This document shows positions 24,564 through 39,043 of a stretch of 64,000 bases of DNA, piece by piece. How positions within the stretch are numbered: the stretch's first letter is position 1; every line of letters starts with the position of its first letter. The DNA is from Octopus sinensis. Lineage: Eukaryota. The position numbers and the translations under genes were made by a program. The notes beneath the pieces were generated by a model. It did no database searches and had not been told where the DNA came from. It saw only the letters and a program-made list of their open reading frames with translations. Location of the stretch: the NCBI RefSeq assembly GCF_006345805.1, contig NC_043004.1, positions 66,216,001 through 66,280,000 of the forward strand. The letters are read 5' to 3'.

Positions 24564-24806
24564 GTAAATGTTTTTATTTTTCGTTCTCTTCGAAATTTAT
24601 CCCTAATAGTGGTTTGGATTTTGGCTTTTCGGTCTCTTCTAGCGTGCTAAGTATCCTATCATGGATACCTCTTATGTGTTTAAATGTACACGGTATTTAT
24701 AACTATATATATATATATATATGCAGCTGCAGCGTGGAAGATGTTTGTAACCAATTTAAGAACACACAAAAAAACCGTTACATTCATTTCAACGTCTAAA
24801 TTTAAT

Positions 24807-24859
24807 TTGTGTCAAAATATTTTCTTTGCTTTGAAACCGTGACCTGTTCGCTGACACAA
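24807..24859 (-). ncRNA. Type I hammerhead-like motif with G3-C8 core variant (degenerate copy) in a (TA)n-tailed repeat 24725-24880
   Basis: 8-bp helix I TTGTGTCA(24859-52)/TGACACAA(24814-07); core GCGAACA; GAAA(24824-21); palindromic helix III AATATT. Helix II is poorly paired in this copy. The 3' tail recurs at 63545-63608. Confidence 0.5.
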
Positions 24860-25389
24860 CTTCGTGCTGCATCTGAGAAAGTAACAGCTACTTAAAGATA
24901 TATATGTATTTATGTATGTATATAAACAGATCAAGTCACTTGTTATGCAAGTATATCTCCGCAATTCCGATAGCTTGAGCCAGGTTACTAAAACTCTGAG
25001 GGCAGCCGTTACTTGTTGCTTGAGGAAAATAATGCCGAAGCAGCATCATCTCATGAAATACTGCATCTCACTGAAGGTTTATCCGAAAAAGGATTCACAA
25101 AACAGTAGAAACACCAACCCTAAAAACAGGACAAGCATAGAGACTAAGAGATATTTTGATGACGAACCTGAAATATAAACTATATATACAAATTGCCACT
25201 AAAAAAGGGGAAAACGAGAAGCCACCCTAAAGGGAAGAACTTACTTAATATTCGGGAAATGAAACAATTAAAAGGCCTACTCCGACGTGAATGTAACTCT
25301 ATGGAACAGGAGCGTTCAACTCGTTGAAGAGAAACGTGGACGTTACAACTACCATATATTTATAACTACCCATATATTTATAAAACTTA

Positions 25390-26520
25390 AGGTAGCGAGC
25401 TGGCAAGAACATTGCCATGCCGGGTGAAATCCTTAGCGGCATTTCGTAAGTCTTCACCTGCTGAGTTTAAATTCCGCCGAGATCACCTTTGCTATGCATT
25501 CTTTCGGTATTCATAAAATAATCCCCAATTGAGTCCTGAAGTCGGAGTAATTCACTAATCTCCTCTCTTGTGTCAAACTTTGAAGTCAATATATATACGT
25601 ACACACGTACATACATACACATACACACACACACACACATACACACACACATATGTATTAAAATTTATATTCGGTATTCCACCAATTAATAAAACTGGCA
25701 GTGATTGTGAATGTCATTTTAATGTAGTGTTGTCGTGCTATCAGAATGAGTTTTTGTTAATAAGGTAGCGATCTGTCAGAATCGGTAGCATACCGGTCAA
25801 AATGCCGACCGGCTATGCCAGCGGGGTAGACTTTGTTTCACCCTCAGAGTCGATGAGATAAGTACCAGTTGAGCACAGATGTCGATGAATCGACATCGCC
25901 CCTCATACGAAATTGCTGGCCTGATGCTAAAATTTGTGACTAATATAAATGTTATTAATGCTTAGCCGAAAGTTAGAATAATAATTATCAACGTTGGTTC
26001 TGAGGTCATTCCCGTTTAAATTCAAGTGAAGTTTTTTCCAGACGTTTTTTTCTAGTGAACTTCCGTTTCAAAATGTTATAGAGAGACATTTGATTGTTAT
26101 TTCTAAAATATGTCGTGCTATTTTCGTTTGAATATGGTTAGACATTCATAAAAAGTAATTGAATTTTCAGCTACTACACTGCATTGTTATAATAACAACA
26201 AGCAACAAATGAGGGGACCTTTAAGCAGTCACTCAGTGTTCCCAAGATAACAGTGAACTATTCTTAAAATGACACCTTAGAAATCTATAGTGGTATAGTG
26301 CTGTAGAAAAGGTTGTTTTTTATAACGTACTCTTAGATAAAAGCGGTGAGCTGGTAGAATGCTTCGCAGAGCAGGCGAAATACTTAGCGGCGTTTCCTCC
26401 ATCTATAACTTTCTGATTTCGAATATCATTGAGGTCGAGATTGCTTTTAATCCATTTGGGTTCGATAGAATAAATACCAGTTAATCACTTGGTTTGATGT
26501 AATCGACTTACATCCTCACC
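25390..26520 (+). mobile_element. Three separate SINE family A copies (25390-25520, 25765-25920, 26340-26520)
   Basis: Each begins ggtagcga.ctg.cagaa or gcggtgagctggtagaa and contains gag.tc.ac.ttgc.tt.cat.c.tt.gg. Confidence 0.7.
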
Positions 26521-27976
26521 TATCGATAGCTCATTACCTGAATGCCTTTGTTTATGGATGGACTGGATTACCGATAAGACTAAATCTTGATTTTCGACGT
26601 ACGCTATTCAATAGCAAAGATTTCTTTCCTCAAAGTCAGTAGCATAGATCGAGAAACGAGTTATGTCATACTGACCTCTGTGTCAATGTCCTTAAACGTT
26701 CTTTCGTCTTTTATGAAATCTTAATGGTGTGTGAATCAGTAGCTAAGATGTTAAATATATCTTGCAAGCGAAAAATCGGTCGTGTTTATATCACTACTAT
26801 TTACTCGAAGTAAAAATATAATGGACGCCATAAACATCTTCCCTGTCTAACCGTGCACGATTTGTTTAAAATACGGCAACAACATAATTGATTCCATATT
26901 GTCTGACGGACGTAACATGAACGTTTGGAATTTCAGCTTGTAACAATTATAGTTTCCTATTGTGACTGCTGTTGATATTTTTTGTTGTTTAATGCAATGT
27001 CAGCCATGGATTGAATGAATTGTATTTCGAGACTTTCAGACCATGATCGTTTACTGTTCTCCGATTGATCATAATATAAACTACGTTAGTTGACATTCCT
27101 CGTTCACGTCTTTAAGATGACAAGGCGTAATGTGAGTAATTTGAGAAAGGTATTGCCGAAATGTTTTACTGATATAGCAATTGCACGGTGGCAAATGCTA
27201 TATGTTCAGTCGTCAACAGGTAGTGAAACCCATACATGATAAACGGAGAAACAAAACATGCTAAAACAGCCAAAAGAAGTCTGTCAAATTAATAAGCGTA
27301 GAATACAGTGTCTAAAGTCCCTGAGAATATGCGAAAGGTTCATAGTTTGAATATCTTTCAGGATGCGACTGATATATAAGCGTTCTGTACTCAAATTGCC
27401 GAAATGACCCAAAAGCCGTAGCAAGAGGTAGAGCATCTGAAAATAAAAGAAAATATACAGCAGTTTCCAGTACTAAAATAGAAAGTCACTTTCGAGAAAA
27501 AATAGCTCACAAAATAACAGTGTTAATATTATCTAAAAATGCTACGCTTGATAATTCGAAATTGCAGCCACTTAACTATAATAAAGATATTCTCACATTT
27601 ATTCTAAACAACCATTTAAATACTAAAATAATACACAGAATCAGCATCGGTACAGAGAAACTTCATATTACTATTTCGCGAGTAGTTAATGTCCATCTGG
27701 AAAACAGTTCGATTATCAAGCGTAGGTTGTTATGACAAGTTAAAGAAAATCGGAAACTATGTATCAATCGTTTAGAGAATGATTGACTCAGATACATAAT
27801 CTGTATAGAAACCAATAGAAAAGTCACTGTAGGGTTAGTTAAGTCGGTGAGGAGAAAAAAAATATAACTGCAAATACATAGATAATGCAGCGTCAGCATC
27901 GGATTAAAAAAATGTAAATGCTATGGTGAGAAAATTAAAAGCCAAAATGTTTATAAATTTGCAAGCAAGGTCTGGA

Positions 27977-28193
27977 TTCGAAGCGGTGCTGAAAAGTTCC
28001 TGGTTTTAAGGGTATCGCGAAAGAGCAGGCTAGGGGTCCAACCTCCCGAATTCGTTTACAAGGCTTAATAAAACTGAAGGACTGCTGGAATAAGTGCGCG
28101 AATCTGAGAGGGAAAGAGGTCGAATGAAATCATAACTGACCCTCCTGTATTTTCGCTTGGCCAAAGCCGGAAACTTTTCAGCATCCTCTTGTA
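27977..28193 (+). mobile_element. Mariner-derived MITE retaining the transposase C-terminal codons
   Basis: Ends TTCGAAGCGGTGCTGAAAAGTTCCTGG and reverse complement TACAAGAGGATGCTGAAAAGTTTCCGG; internal GLIKLKDCWNKCANLRGKEVE*. Confidence 0.65.
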
Positions 28194-28579
28194 AATTGAA
28201 ATTGTATTTAGTTATCATCCTTTCCTTCTGACCTACTATAATGCCAGTCTGTACTTCGTCGATTGCCTATACCAAGACGCCAAATATTGGCGAAGTTTAG
28301 TCCGTGTAATCTCTCGTTGACAAAGTGGGGAAAACAAAGCACTCGTCTTATATTCTTGATCGAGATATTAAAAAAGTTATGGACACATAAACAGGATTTG
28401 GACTCAATATGAAACTCGGGGAATTAATGACCAAGGAATATTCTTGTAATCCAAGTCATACAAGAACAAGAAGCATGGAAACAAACAGTATGGCATATGC
28501 TATCTTTATTATATTTGTCAATGATATACATTTCCTAGAAGCTTTAATTGGAACCATTTACTCAAACATATATCTGCCA

Positions 28580-28580
28580 G

Positions 28581-28675
<95 letters not shown>

Positions 28676-28676
28676 G

Positions 28677-28730
<54 letters not shown>

Positions 28731-28743
28731 CATATATCTATCC

Positions 28744-28811
<68 letters not shown>

Positions 28812-28925
28812 ATCTATCTATCTATCTATCTATCTATATATCTATCTATCTTTCTATCTATCTATCTATCCATCCACCTATCTCTGTATCTATCTACCTA
28901 CCTATCTAACTATCTATCAATCTAT
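28580..28925. repeat. (TCTA)n tetranucleotide microsatellite (similar tracts at 36490-36800 and 52700-52760)
   Basis: Direct reading. Confidence 0.95.
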
Positions 28926-29000
28926 CTATATGTCTGTCTCAGTACATATATGTGTAAAAGTCTGTGTTTCATAGTATGCGCAAGTATATATGTATATATG

Positions 29001-29052
<52 letters not shown>

Positions 29053-29721
29053 CATGTGGGTGTGTGTGTATGTGTGTGTGCGTGTGCGTGTGTGTAGGTG
29101 GGCACGGATGTGCGCCTGTGTGCGTGTGTATGTGTATAAACACAGACTTACATTTCGAACTGGATACTTTTTTCCTGTTTGCGCATTATTATATCTAAAT
29201 ACGAACAGTACACACAAGTGACACACATGTACACATACGCGCGCGCGCACACACAAACACACACACACACACTCACGCTCAAACAAACATATTTACACAC
29301 AAACATATCCAATGATACATGTAAAACGAGCTCGAACATACATACGCCCACACACGTCTACGCGCGCACATTTACATCGTGAGGGAGAAGTGAAGAGAGA
29401 AGGTGAGCGAACATGTATACCATTGAGATCTTGAGATGTAGACGAATTTTATTACGTCTTTTAGACATTTTGAGTGATGCTAATATTTCTGTAACATGCA
29501 ATATAAAAGAAACTAAATCGATCGTAAAAAATTCAAAAAGATAAATTGCATAATATATCAAATGCGAACAGCGAACAGAAAAAAGTAGAAACAAGAAACC
29601 TCTGCAATATAAATATAAATACATATGTATGTACGTACGTATGTATGTAAGTATGTATGTATGTATGTATGTACGTATGTATGTATGTATGAATATATAT
29701 ATATGTATGTATGTATCTATG

Positions 29722-29755
<34 letters not shown>

Positions 29756-29846
29756 ATATATAATATCTATATATATATATATATGTATATGTATATATGT
29801 ATGTATATATATATATATTATATATGTATATATATATATATGTATA

Positions 29847-29921
<75 letters not shown>

Positions 29922-30193
29922 GCGTGTGTGTGTGTGTATTTTTGTGTGTATGTATACGTATGCACTGATATACACACTCTCATATATACATATATATATA
30001 AAGTATATATGTACATATATATAAATATAAAATAAATATATTCATACATACACACATATACATGTATGTATATGTATGTATATATGTATATATAAACATA
30101 TATACGTGTATAAATCAATGCATACATATATAAATATATACATATAATATAAGCATATATATATATATATGCTTATATATATATGTATATATA

Positions 30194-30229
<36 letters not shown>

Positions 30230-30307
30230 CATATATGTTTATATATATATATATACACATATATACATACATATTTATATATATATATATATATATACAA
30301 ACTTTCT

Positions 30308-30348
<41 letters not shown>

Positions 30349-30355
30349 TATACAC

Positions 30356-30407
<52 letters not shown>

Positions 30408-31099
30408 CAGCTATAGAAAGATACGTAGATAGATACATAGGTATATAAATCATGTACACATTTCATGCTGGCTTCAACTGAAATTCAAATATAAAGCATA
30501 TTGTTCAGTAAAGAGGAATATTATCTTCAGAGATATTCTGTTTCACTAATGGAAAGAATTTCTATGCAAACTTTGCGCAACTGAATATCATCAGATGTGG
30601 CTAAATACCTCTTAATAATGTTCTGATGGGACAGCTTATATCGACTTCCCATATTATATTCGTATTTTGACTCTAACGATGTATGTATCTCTTTCGATTT
30701 TCTTTTTATTATACTACGAAAATTCATTGAAGATGAGTGGTTGAGCTCAAGAGATTTTCGTATAGCTTTCTTTAAATGCGAAACATCTAATGACTAATGT
30801 GGGACGTAGTGTTAATAATGATGTTTTTCTGAAATGCAAATATGTATATATAAGAATTTTGTTTGTTTTTTAAAGTTCATTTGATGGAGAATAAACACAG
30901 GGGTACACGTTCAATATGTCATTTTGACCTGCCACGAACCCTCACATTTCAACATTATATATTTACACGGCGACCTTCAAATCACGAAATTCACCGAATC
31001 TGTGAAATTCATGAATCTGAAAGAGGAACACAAATCCTGGACGATTATTATAGAAATCAAAATCGAATGTTGAGATGCAAAGAAAGAGTATTTTTTTTT

Positions 31100-31338
31100 A
31101 CTCTTTTACTTGTTTCAGTCATATGGCTACGGCCATGCTGGAGCACCGCCTTAAGTCGAGCAAATGGACCCCAAGACTTATTGTGTGCAAGCGTATCACT
31201 TATTCTATCGGTCACTTTTGCCGAACCGCTAAGTTACGGAGACATAAACACACCAGCATCGGTTGCGAAACGATGGTGGGGAGAGATGAACACAGACACA
31301 CATACATATATATATGTATAAAATGAAATAAAAAACAG

Positions 31339-31373
<35 letters not shown>

Positions 31374-31540
31374 ACGGGCTTCTTTCAGTTTTCGTCGACC
31401 AAATCTACTCACAAGGCCTGGTCGGCTCGAGGCTATAGTAGACGACACTTGAGCAAGGTGACACACAGTGGCACTGAACCCAGAACCATGTTGTTGGTAA
31501 GGAAGCTATTTACCACACAACCACTCTTGCGCACCCGCGT
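31100..31540 (-). mobile_element. SINE family C, near full length with internal microsatellite
   Basis: ccatgctggagcaccgcc...gccgaaccgctaagttacgg...(TA)n gacgggcttctttcagttt...ggctatagtag..acacttg...actgaaccc.gaaccatg. Confidence 0.8.
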
Positions 31541-31559
31541 ATGTAGATATTCTATCAAT

Positions 31560-32700
31560 TAAACTACATGCAGACATATATGATTGATCTCGTTAAAAAT
31601 TTAAGTATCTGGATGGTTCCCTCAGCAGTAGGACGTTGGCAGACAACGCTTGAATGTTTACGCCTGCTTTGCGTCGATCTTCACAATGCACACATTATGG
31701 AATTCTCATCCAAATCTAATTTGTTCTACTTCTTCAAGATACCAAAAAAAGCGCAAGGCATAACGGGCAAAATTTCGCCTGGTGTTTCCTCTTTTGAGAC
31801 TTTCAGTTGTTCCAAACATTACATTGTTTCTTCCATTAACGTTTTACAATACCTCGAGAACACGATCCTCTATTCCTGCGACCTTTCAAACGAAAAGCCC
31901 CGAGCAATAGTCTCTCAAAATAGGCAATGTCTATAACCATTCCTAAAACCTTCCATCTCCGCTCCCTTTCAAAATCTTACATGCGAACACAAATTGAGTA
32001 ACATTTTGTTTATCTCCTTGAATATCGCTTCCTCCTTAAAACGAGTTTACTCTCGATTGTATCTGTCATAAGACACAAATTTTTGGGTATACGATTGCCA
32101 AAAAAAAAAAATGATGAATACTCCAAAGAATGTTGATGTAGAGTAGCTCTCCTCATTAATTATAATTTCGTTGTTTTGTTGTACACCAATACTTTGGGAA
32201 AACCACAATTCAATGAGTTCGTTCTCTCAAGTGTCTTTCCTTATGCGGCTTTATTTAAGATGTCAACCTGCTGGTGTGCACTGATAATGTGCAATAAATT
32301 AAATGCTGAGTGCCCTACGTGCTGTAGCCTCCAACAATGCCCAGTGCTATGCTGATGATATGCATGACGAAATTCCCATTAAAAACTTAAACTAAATGCT
32401 CGTCCACCAGCTGAGCCAAGATATTTCATAACAAATATACTGTGATTCCATAAGCTGGGATTTGGAGATTGTCCACCAATGATGTTATACTAATCTTGAA
32501 AGACACAATCTCTGCAGATATACTACATTTATGGCATCATGTTTCTCTAAACAGCAAAAGCTAGGAATTGGACTCACCTTCAATAAGGTCTCTCAAAATT
32601 AAGCCACATGCTAAGAGCCATCCGGTAGAGAGCGCTGCAAAATGATTGACTTCACTCTTCAGGAACACGAAGTATTCCCAGTCACCACCACAATTTAACC
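31560..32700 (-). mobile_element. Decayed coding-like region, possibly an Academ-family transposase
   Basis: Interrupted frames NVVYLQRLCLS, TISKSQLMESQYICYE, ALGIVGGYST*GTQHLI, LTS*I and KRGN...FARYALRFFWY occur in the order I recall for Academ motifs; many stops and frameshifts. Confidence 0.4.
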
Positions 32701-33598
32701 TGTCACCAAAAAATATGTAACTCATAATGAATTAAGGCTTCTACATGGTGGATGTTGCTCTTACTATTCAAACCAAATATTCCGTACAACCTTAACTGAG
32801 AAATCTATTGATTTATTGCCATGAGTTTAATCGAAACATACCCCAGAATAATCTATAGCGTAAAGACTTATTATTTCCACACTCTTAATTTCTTCCCTAA
32901 ATACATAAGTATTTGGAGTATGTGAGAGAGGGTTGTTCTGGTCGTACACAGATTTCTAATTTCAGCTCTCAAATGGTGTTCAGGTAAATGCACACACAAT
33001 TACACCCATTATATCCTCACGGGATGTGTGTTATATGTAATCTCTACTTACTAGTGAGAGTTCTTTCGCTGTCTATTTTAATGAAGACCATGACGTTATC
33101 GTTGTATTTCGGAATGGTCATTTTGCCAGTTTAGCCAATAAAAACACACGCACTATATATTTGATGTTACTTTGCTTCAGTGTTATTTATATTATACATT
33201 AAACTTAATCTTATTCCGTCCCGAGTTTTTTGGTCGCACTCCTCTGACTGCATCAGTGGTCCTTTGCTTTCTTCTTTCTTATTTGTCAAACGCATGACGT
33301 TATTGATTGCTCGAAACTTAGTGGGCCAGTGTAAGTTATGTTCTTAATGAAATTCTTCCTCCTCACATACATAATGAAATCGAAGTCACCATTGAAACAC
33401 GAGGAAGTGTCACAGTCCTCGATCTGACGGCGCCAAATAAAAGTAGCTAATGTTCTGTCAGATCTAAGATCATTTCTATGTATACTAAATTGCTTGGACT
33501 CCAGCTTGGGATCAATCAACTATAGTACTAAAACACGCGAAACCGTACACACACAAAACATTTACCTCTATACATACGCACGTTGATACATACATATT

Positions 33599-33683
<85 letters not shown>

Positions 33684-35279
33684 CGTCTTCTTGCAGTATG
33701 TAATGAACCTACGCTAAATATACTGAACAACGTAATCTAACATTGAAGGTTGAAATTATGTAAACTGCAGTTCACATAATTCCAAGTTGACAATCTCTTT
33801 CACATCCATATGCATCTCTAAAACATTTGACAAACATTGTAGCATAATGCTTATCGAATTCGTATTCTGTTTCATAAAAAATGGCCATGCAACTAAACAG
33901 AAGCCAGCGGCATACGTAATATTATGCGTACATGTCTGTAAATCTCTTTGAGTAAGAATATAGGTAAAATTATGTAAAGCTATCTCATCAGCAATGTGTG
34001 TAGAAATATGTAAATCTATATGCGTAGTAACATGCGTTGAAACACGAGTAAAATATGTGGAAAAATTGAGCGTGGTATTTGCATAATATTCTATATGTAA
34101 GCTTTGCATTAAAGAGTAGGCTGCTTGTCTAAATCAGAAAAATATTTCAAAGTACCTTGAGGAAGGATCAGCTTAATTAAGCAAGTCAATCCTTTACTCG
34201 CTTGTTCATATTCCTCTAGGTTAAAATAGGATCTTTCTCTAAAAGATTCTTAAAAATTTAAGTAATTTGTTGAAAGATGCTCCATAGATTAGGAGAACAT
34301 ATAAATATTTTTTATGCTCTGACGTGTAATTCCTGTTTACGTGTAATTATGAAGTATTCTTATCTTATATTTTCGTTCTACGGGGTAAAAGCGATTTAAT
34401 TCCTATTCGTTCGAATCTCTATATTTAATGCACAAAACAATGATATGTCTGTAGGCATATTTCTCGTCTCTTATATTTTATCTTATAAGTTTAAATGTAA
34501 ATCGATGATTGGAGGGTGAACAGAAAGCCAAGGGATATATACAAAGTGAGGAAAGAAAATTTATGAAGACGTTAAAAGCTTTGCTAATAAATAATTGTAA
34601 ACGTATAAAGCTGAAAGTGTTAACTCATGGCAGCTGGTTTGACACCGGAAAATCGAATATGTTTTGCTAGTGGCATAAATTCTCAATTATTGATGAATTA
34701 GTATGATTAACCGAACCATTAGTCACCCATAACACGTTTTAGAATTAATCTTTTCTTTACAGCAGATTTATATTTTTGCATGGTTAGAATATTTTGTTTT
34801 TAAATCTTATTGGCATTTTTTAGCTCATATGTAATCAGGCGTTTCAGCATTGATTGATATTCTGATTCAAGTGGCATGTAACGTATTCTGTAATTCATTT
34901 ATTCTTATACTGGCTTCCAACTCTAATATGGAACGCCCTTCCGTGGTTGGTATCTCATGATTTCAATGAAACCACTATTTGGTCTGGTATATATTTACGC
35001 TGTTCTATTAGTGGAACGCAAAAATTTCCCTTCGTCCATATGGTCGAAATTGAGTTCCTAAGATATAGTTTTTGGATGTATCGCTTTTTTCCTTTTTTGA
35101 AAAAGCGGCTTTCAACTCATTATTTACATACTAATATTGAGAGCTTTATATGCTTCGAGATAAGTTGCTCGAAACAGGACTTAGTTCACAGTCTCTCGAA
35201 AATTTTTAGGACATATCAACATACAAACACGCACTAACACACATGTGACCTATGGCGTTTGTAAGATTCTGTGTGGGTG

Positions 35280-35470
35280 TATTTCGTTATACACGTTTCG
35301 GTCATTAGACTACGGCCATGTTGTGGCACCGCCTTGCAGATCTTTTAGTCAAATACAAACTGCCTAGTATTTATTTCTTAAAGGTCTGCAGATTATCCTC
35401 TTGGCCTGTTTTGCTGAACCGCTAAGTTATGTTTCTGAAGAGGACATGGAAGGACAAAAACAGACACACA
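35280..35470 (-). mobile_element. SINE family C, 3' half
   Basis: cggtcattagactacggccatg.tg..gcaccgcc...ttttgctgaaccgctaagtta. Confidence 0.65.
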
Positions 35471-35514
35471 CAGACACGCTCTTTTTACACACAAACACAT
35501 ACACACACTTTCAC

Positions 35515-35561
<47 letters not shown>

Positions 35562-35676
35562 TATGTGTATCTGTATATATATATATATGTATAAGGGTGA
35601 AAAGGAACACACGAGTTGATATATATGAAAAAACAAGTCAAAAATAGAAAATGCTAAAATAATTTTATAGTGAACA

Positions 35677-35720
35677 TTTCAGTACCGGTTTCGGTCATTT
35701 TGAAACCTTTTCAACTGTAA
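35677..35720 (-). ncRNA. Minimal type I hammerhead motif with U3-A8 core variant, in repeat 35630-35960
   Basis: CAG(35717-15)/CTG(35682-80) helix I (+2 bp after one mismatch); core TTGAAAA(35714-08); helix II GGTT/GACC; GAAA(35692-89); palindromic ACCGGT helix III; GUA cleavage at 35683. Confidence 0.6.
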
Positions 35721-36179
35721 CGATTAAATAATTAAATTTAGAAAAATTAGAAGAAAAGTTTTTTAAAAGAATATTTCTATAGTAGTGTTCAGATTTAAGT
35801 GGCATTCTGCCTTTCTCTGACTCCCTTGTTTGCACTTGTGTGTCGGAGGTCGTTGTGAGTTCTTGGTAGGGTAGTAGAGGAAGAAGGCTGGTGAGGAAAG
35901 GGGGGTGGGAGAATCTGGGAGTGCCCTGATGGTCGTATTTTGAATGGTCAGTGGCGGCTGACATATATTAAATAATTATAATTTAGAGTACGTAAGAGAT
36001 ACATCCACGCTGGAAATAGAAGTCAAAACTTGACTGTAAAACCACATTAAATGTTCATACAGCACAACATTTTAAATAATTATTACCTTTGAAAGGTTTT
36101 TATTCCAATGCTGGCCACCTGATGAGACGGTATTTTAAATATCGATCTTATCCTTATATATATATATATATATATATAC

Positions 36180-36320
36180 GGCGTGCTTCCTTTAGTTGCC
36201 GTCTATCAAATCCCTTCCCAAGATTTTGGTCGGCCCGAAACAATAGTAGAAAACACTTGCTCCAGGTGCTATGCAGTGAGAGTGAACCCCTAACCAAATG
36301 TTTGGGAAGCAAGTTCTTAC
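36180..36320 (-). mobile_element. SINE family C head/core
   Basis: ttttggtcggcccga..caatagtagaaaacacttgc.ccaggtg...agcaag.tcttaccacaa. Confidence 0.65.
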
Positions 36321-36503
36321 CACAAATCCTCGCTAAATATATAACCATATTTGTTTTATAATTTTAGCTATTTCAGTCCTTAGACTACGGGTGTGCTGTG
36401 GCACTACCTTCGAAACGTTTACTGCAATGAATTGATACCAGTACTCTTTTTCCATGTTTTAACCCTGGTACTTATACAATCCATATAACTAGTCTATCCA
36501 TCC

Positions 36504-36542
<39 letters not shown>

Positions 36543-36543
36543 A

Positions 36544-36613
<70 letters not shown>

Positions 36614-36658
36614 GTATCTATGTATCTATGTATCTATCTATCTATCTATCTATCTATA

Positions 36659-36690
<32 letters not shown>

Positions 36691-36698
36691 CATCTATC

Positions 36699-36729
<31 letters not shown>

Positions 36730-36781
36730 CTTTCTAAATATCTTTCTATCAATCTTCCTATATATCTATCTTTCTATATAA

Positions 36782-36812
<31 letters not shown>

Positions 36813-37331
36813 CATAATTAATACATGGCGTTTAACGCAGGTGTTATTTAAATCTAATGATTTGAATAACACCGTTTGACTCCATTGGTTAATTTATCCA
36901 TGCTATATAAGATCAGTTCATTTAACACTTTATAAGTAGGCTTTATTATCCTTGGCACTTATGGGATCTGCTACGCTGGTAACTATTTATTTATTCTTCC
37001 TTGTGATGCATTTGTATGAATGTATATGTGTGTGGGTGAGTGGATGTAAATGCTTATGTGCATTCACACGCATTTGTGTTAATATATAACAATCAAAACG
37101 ACTTAGTCTATAAAATTCCTGCAGAATATATTCGGCATACTTGTTTCAGTCTTTTAAAATGAAACTGTGAATCTCTGGAACCATTCAATATGAACTGAGC
37201 AAATTTATATTTTCCAAATTAATTGTAAGATACTAATAGGAAAATAAGAAAATTGTGTAATAATATAAATGAAACCGGAACATTACTCGTATCTTTATTG
37301 AAATACATATAGATATAGTACTTCTCCATAT

Positions 37332-37406
<75 letters not shown>

Positions 37407-37487
37407 AGAGAGAGAGAGATAGTTAGATAGATATGCATATATATATATATATACATTTATATATATATATATATATTATATATATAT

Positions 37488-37531
<44 letters not shown>

Positions 37532-37919
37532 TGTTAGATATACAGGTTAAATATGCGTGTGTATATATATATATATATATGCATGTATGGTTTATGAATG
37601 TACTACATTCGCGGTCGAATGCAAAACAAAATTTAAGACTAATTCATTTAGCAAAAATCTCCAAAATCTCTCTAGAGAATCTATATTGGCTGATTCCCAT
37701 CATCGACATCACTTAATCATTCAAATATTTTAATGCTTTTCTCCAGTGAAGCCATATATCCGCCAAGCAAAATTTGGAAGACATGCACACAATTTCACGA
37801 ACACGCACACACACACACACATACAGGCACACAGAGAAAAACATGCATACACACATTTATCAGCAATTATGTCGTTTTAGAAAGTTTGATATATATATAT
37901 ATACAAATATGTCTGTATG

Positions 37920-37964
<45 letters not shown>

Positions 37965-38713
37965 CTATGTGTGTGTGTGTGCGTGTACGTACACATATAA
38001 ACTGTTACAGAGTCATGTGTATATACTAGTGTCTGTGTCCGTATGTCTGCACACATCATCATTCATTTGAAGAGTAAATATCTCATCTCATATTTCTATG
38101 TAACATCTAATGAATCCGCATACAAGTTCAAAACATTTAGGGATGGTGATACACAATGTTGATTAGTATTAACTTCTATAATAAACTACGCACACACACG
38201 CGCGCACACATACAAACACAATCTCGGCAGCGTACGCTAAATGGGCCATTGTAAATATTTAGACCTCTGTACATGTGTGCATCGCAAATACCACTTATAT
38301 ATACTCTTTATTTGTTTATTTACAGTGTTACTGTATCTTTACCTATCATAATCCTGCCTTCTAGTTTATATATGTATATATATATATATGTGTGTACATT
38401 ATATATGAATATATATGCATATATATACATACATATATATGTATATACATATAAAATTTTTTATCATAATGAGATAAAAATAAACCAAGGCGTAGAAGAT
38501 TTTAGTACATTTATAGATAGGTCTTAAAGCTGTTTCCAGGATAATTATTATATCCCTTAATCGGAGAAGGTGTTGAGGAATAGTTAAGTAATAGTTAATT
38601 TAGATATGATTCAAAAGAGAGAGGGAGATGGATGAAAGAAAATAGATGTGAGGTATGTAGGGATATTGAATTTGTGGATCCATATTTAGGCAAAAATGGT
38701 ATACATGTAAGGT

Positions 38714-38767
<54 letters not shown>

Positions 38768-38986
38768 TTGTGTGTGCGATTGGTCCCTGCTTTTGGATAA
38801 TAAACAGTATATTTACTTTTTATAGTAAATGAAATTCGGACACTAGCTGACCAGTAATCAATATATTGGTCTTTCAACCAAAGCTATATCAAATATAGAG
38901 CATATTATCTCTTTATACAGCTATCGTATCCCAATTTCACGTCATATCAATTAAAATAGTATCGCTTCTGAAGGCATGTGTATAAT

Positions 38987-39043
<57 letters not shown>

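Noticed and set aside
32348-32385. CTGATGA...GAAA on the plus strand (similar string on the minus strand near 30590)
   Set aside because: No helix I pairing and no closing helix II pair; expected by chance.
32380-32494. In-frame TAG after a putative splice junction (RDLIED*YNIIGG) that could be recoded to Trp by A-to-I editing
   Set aside because: A second stop (TAA) follows within 40 codons and the region looks like a decayed transposase, so the editing-rescue idea is unsupported.
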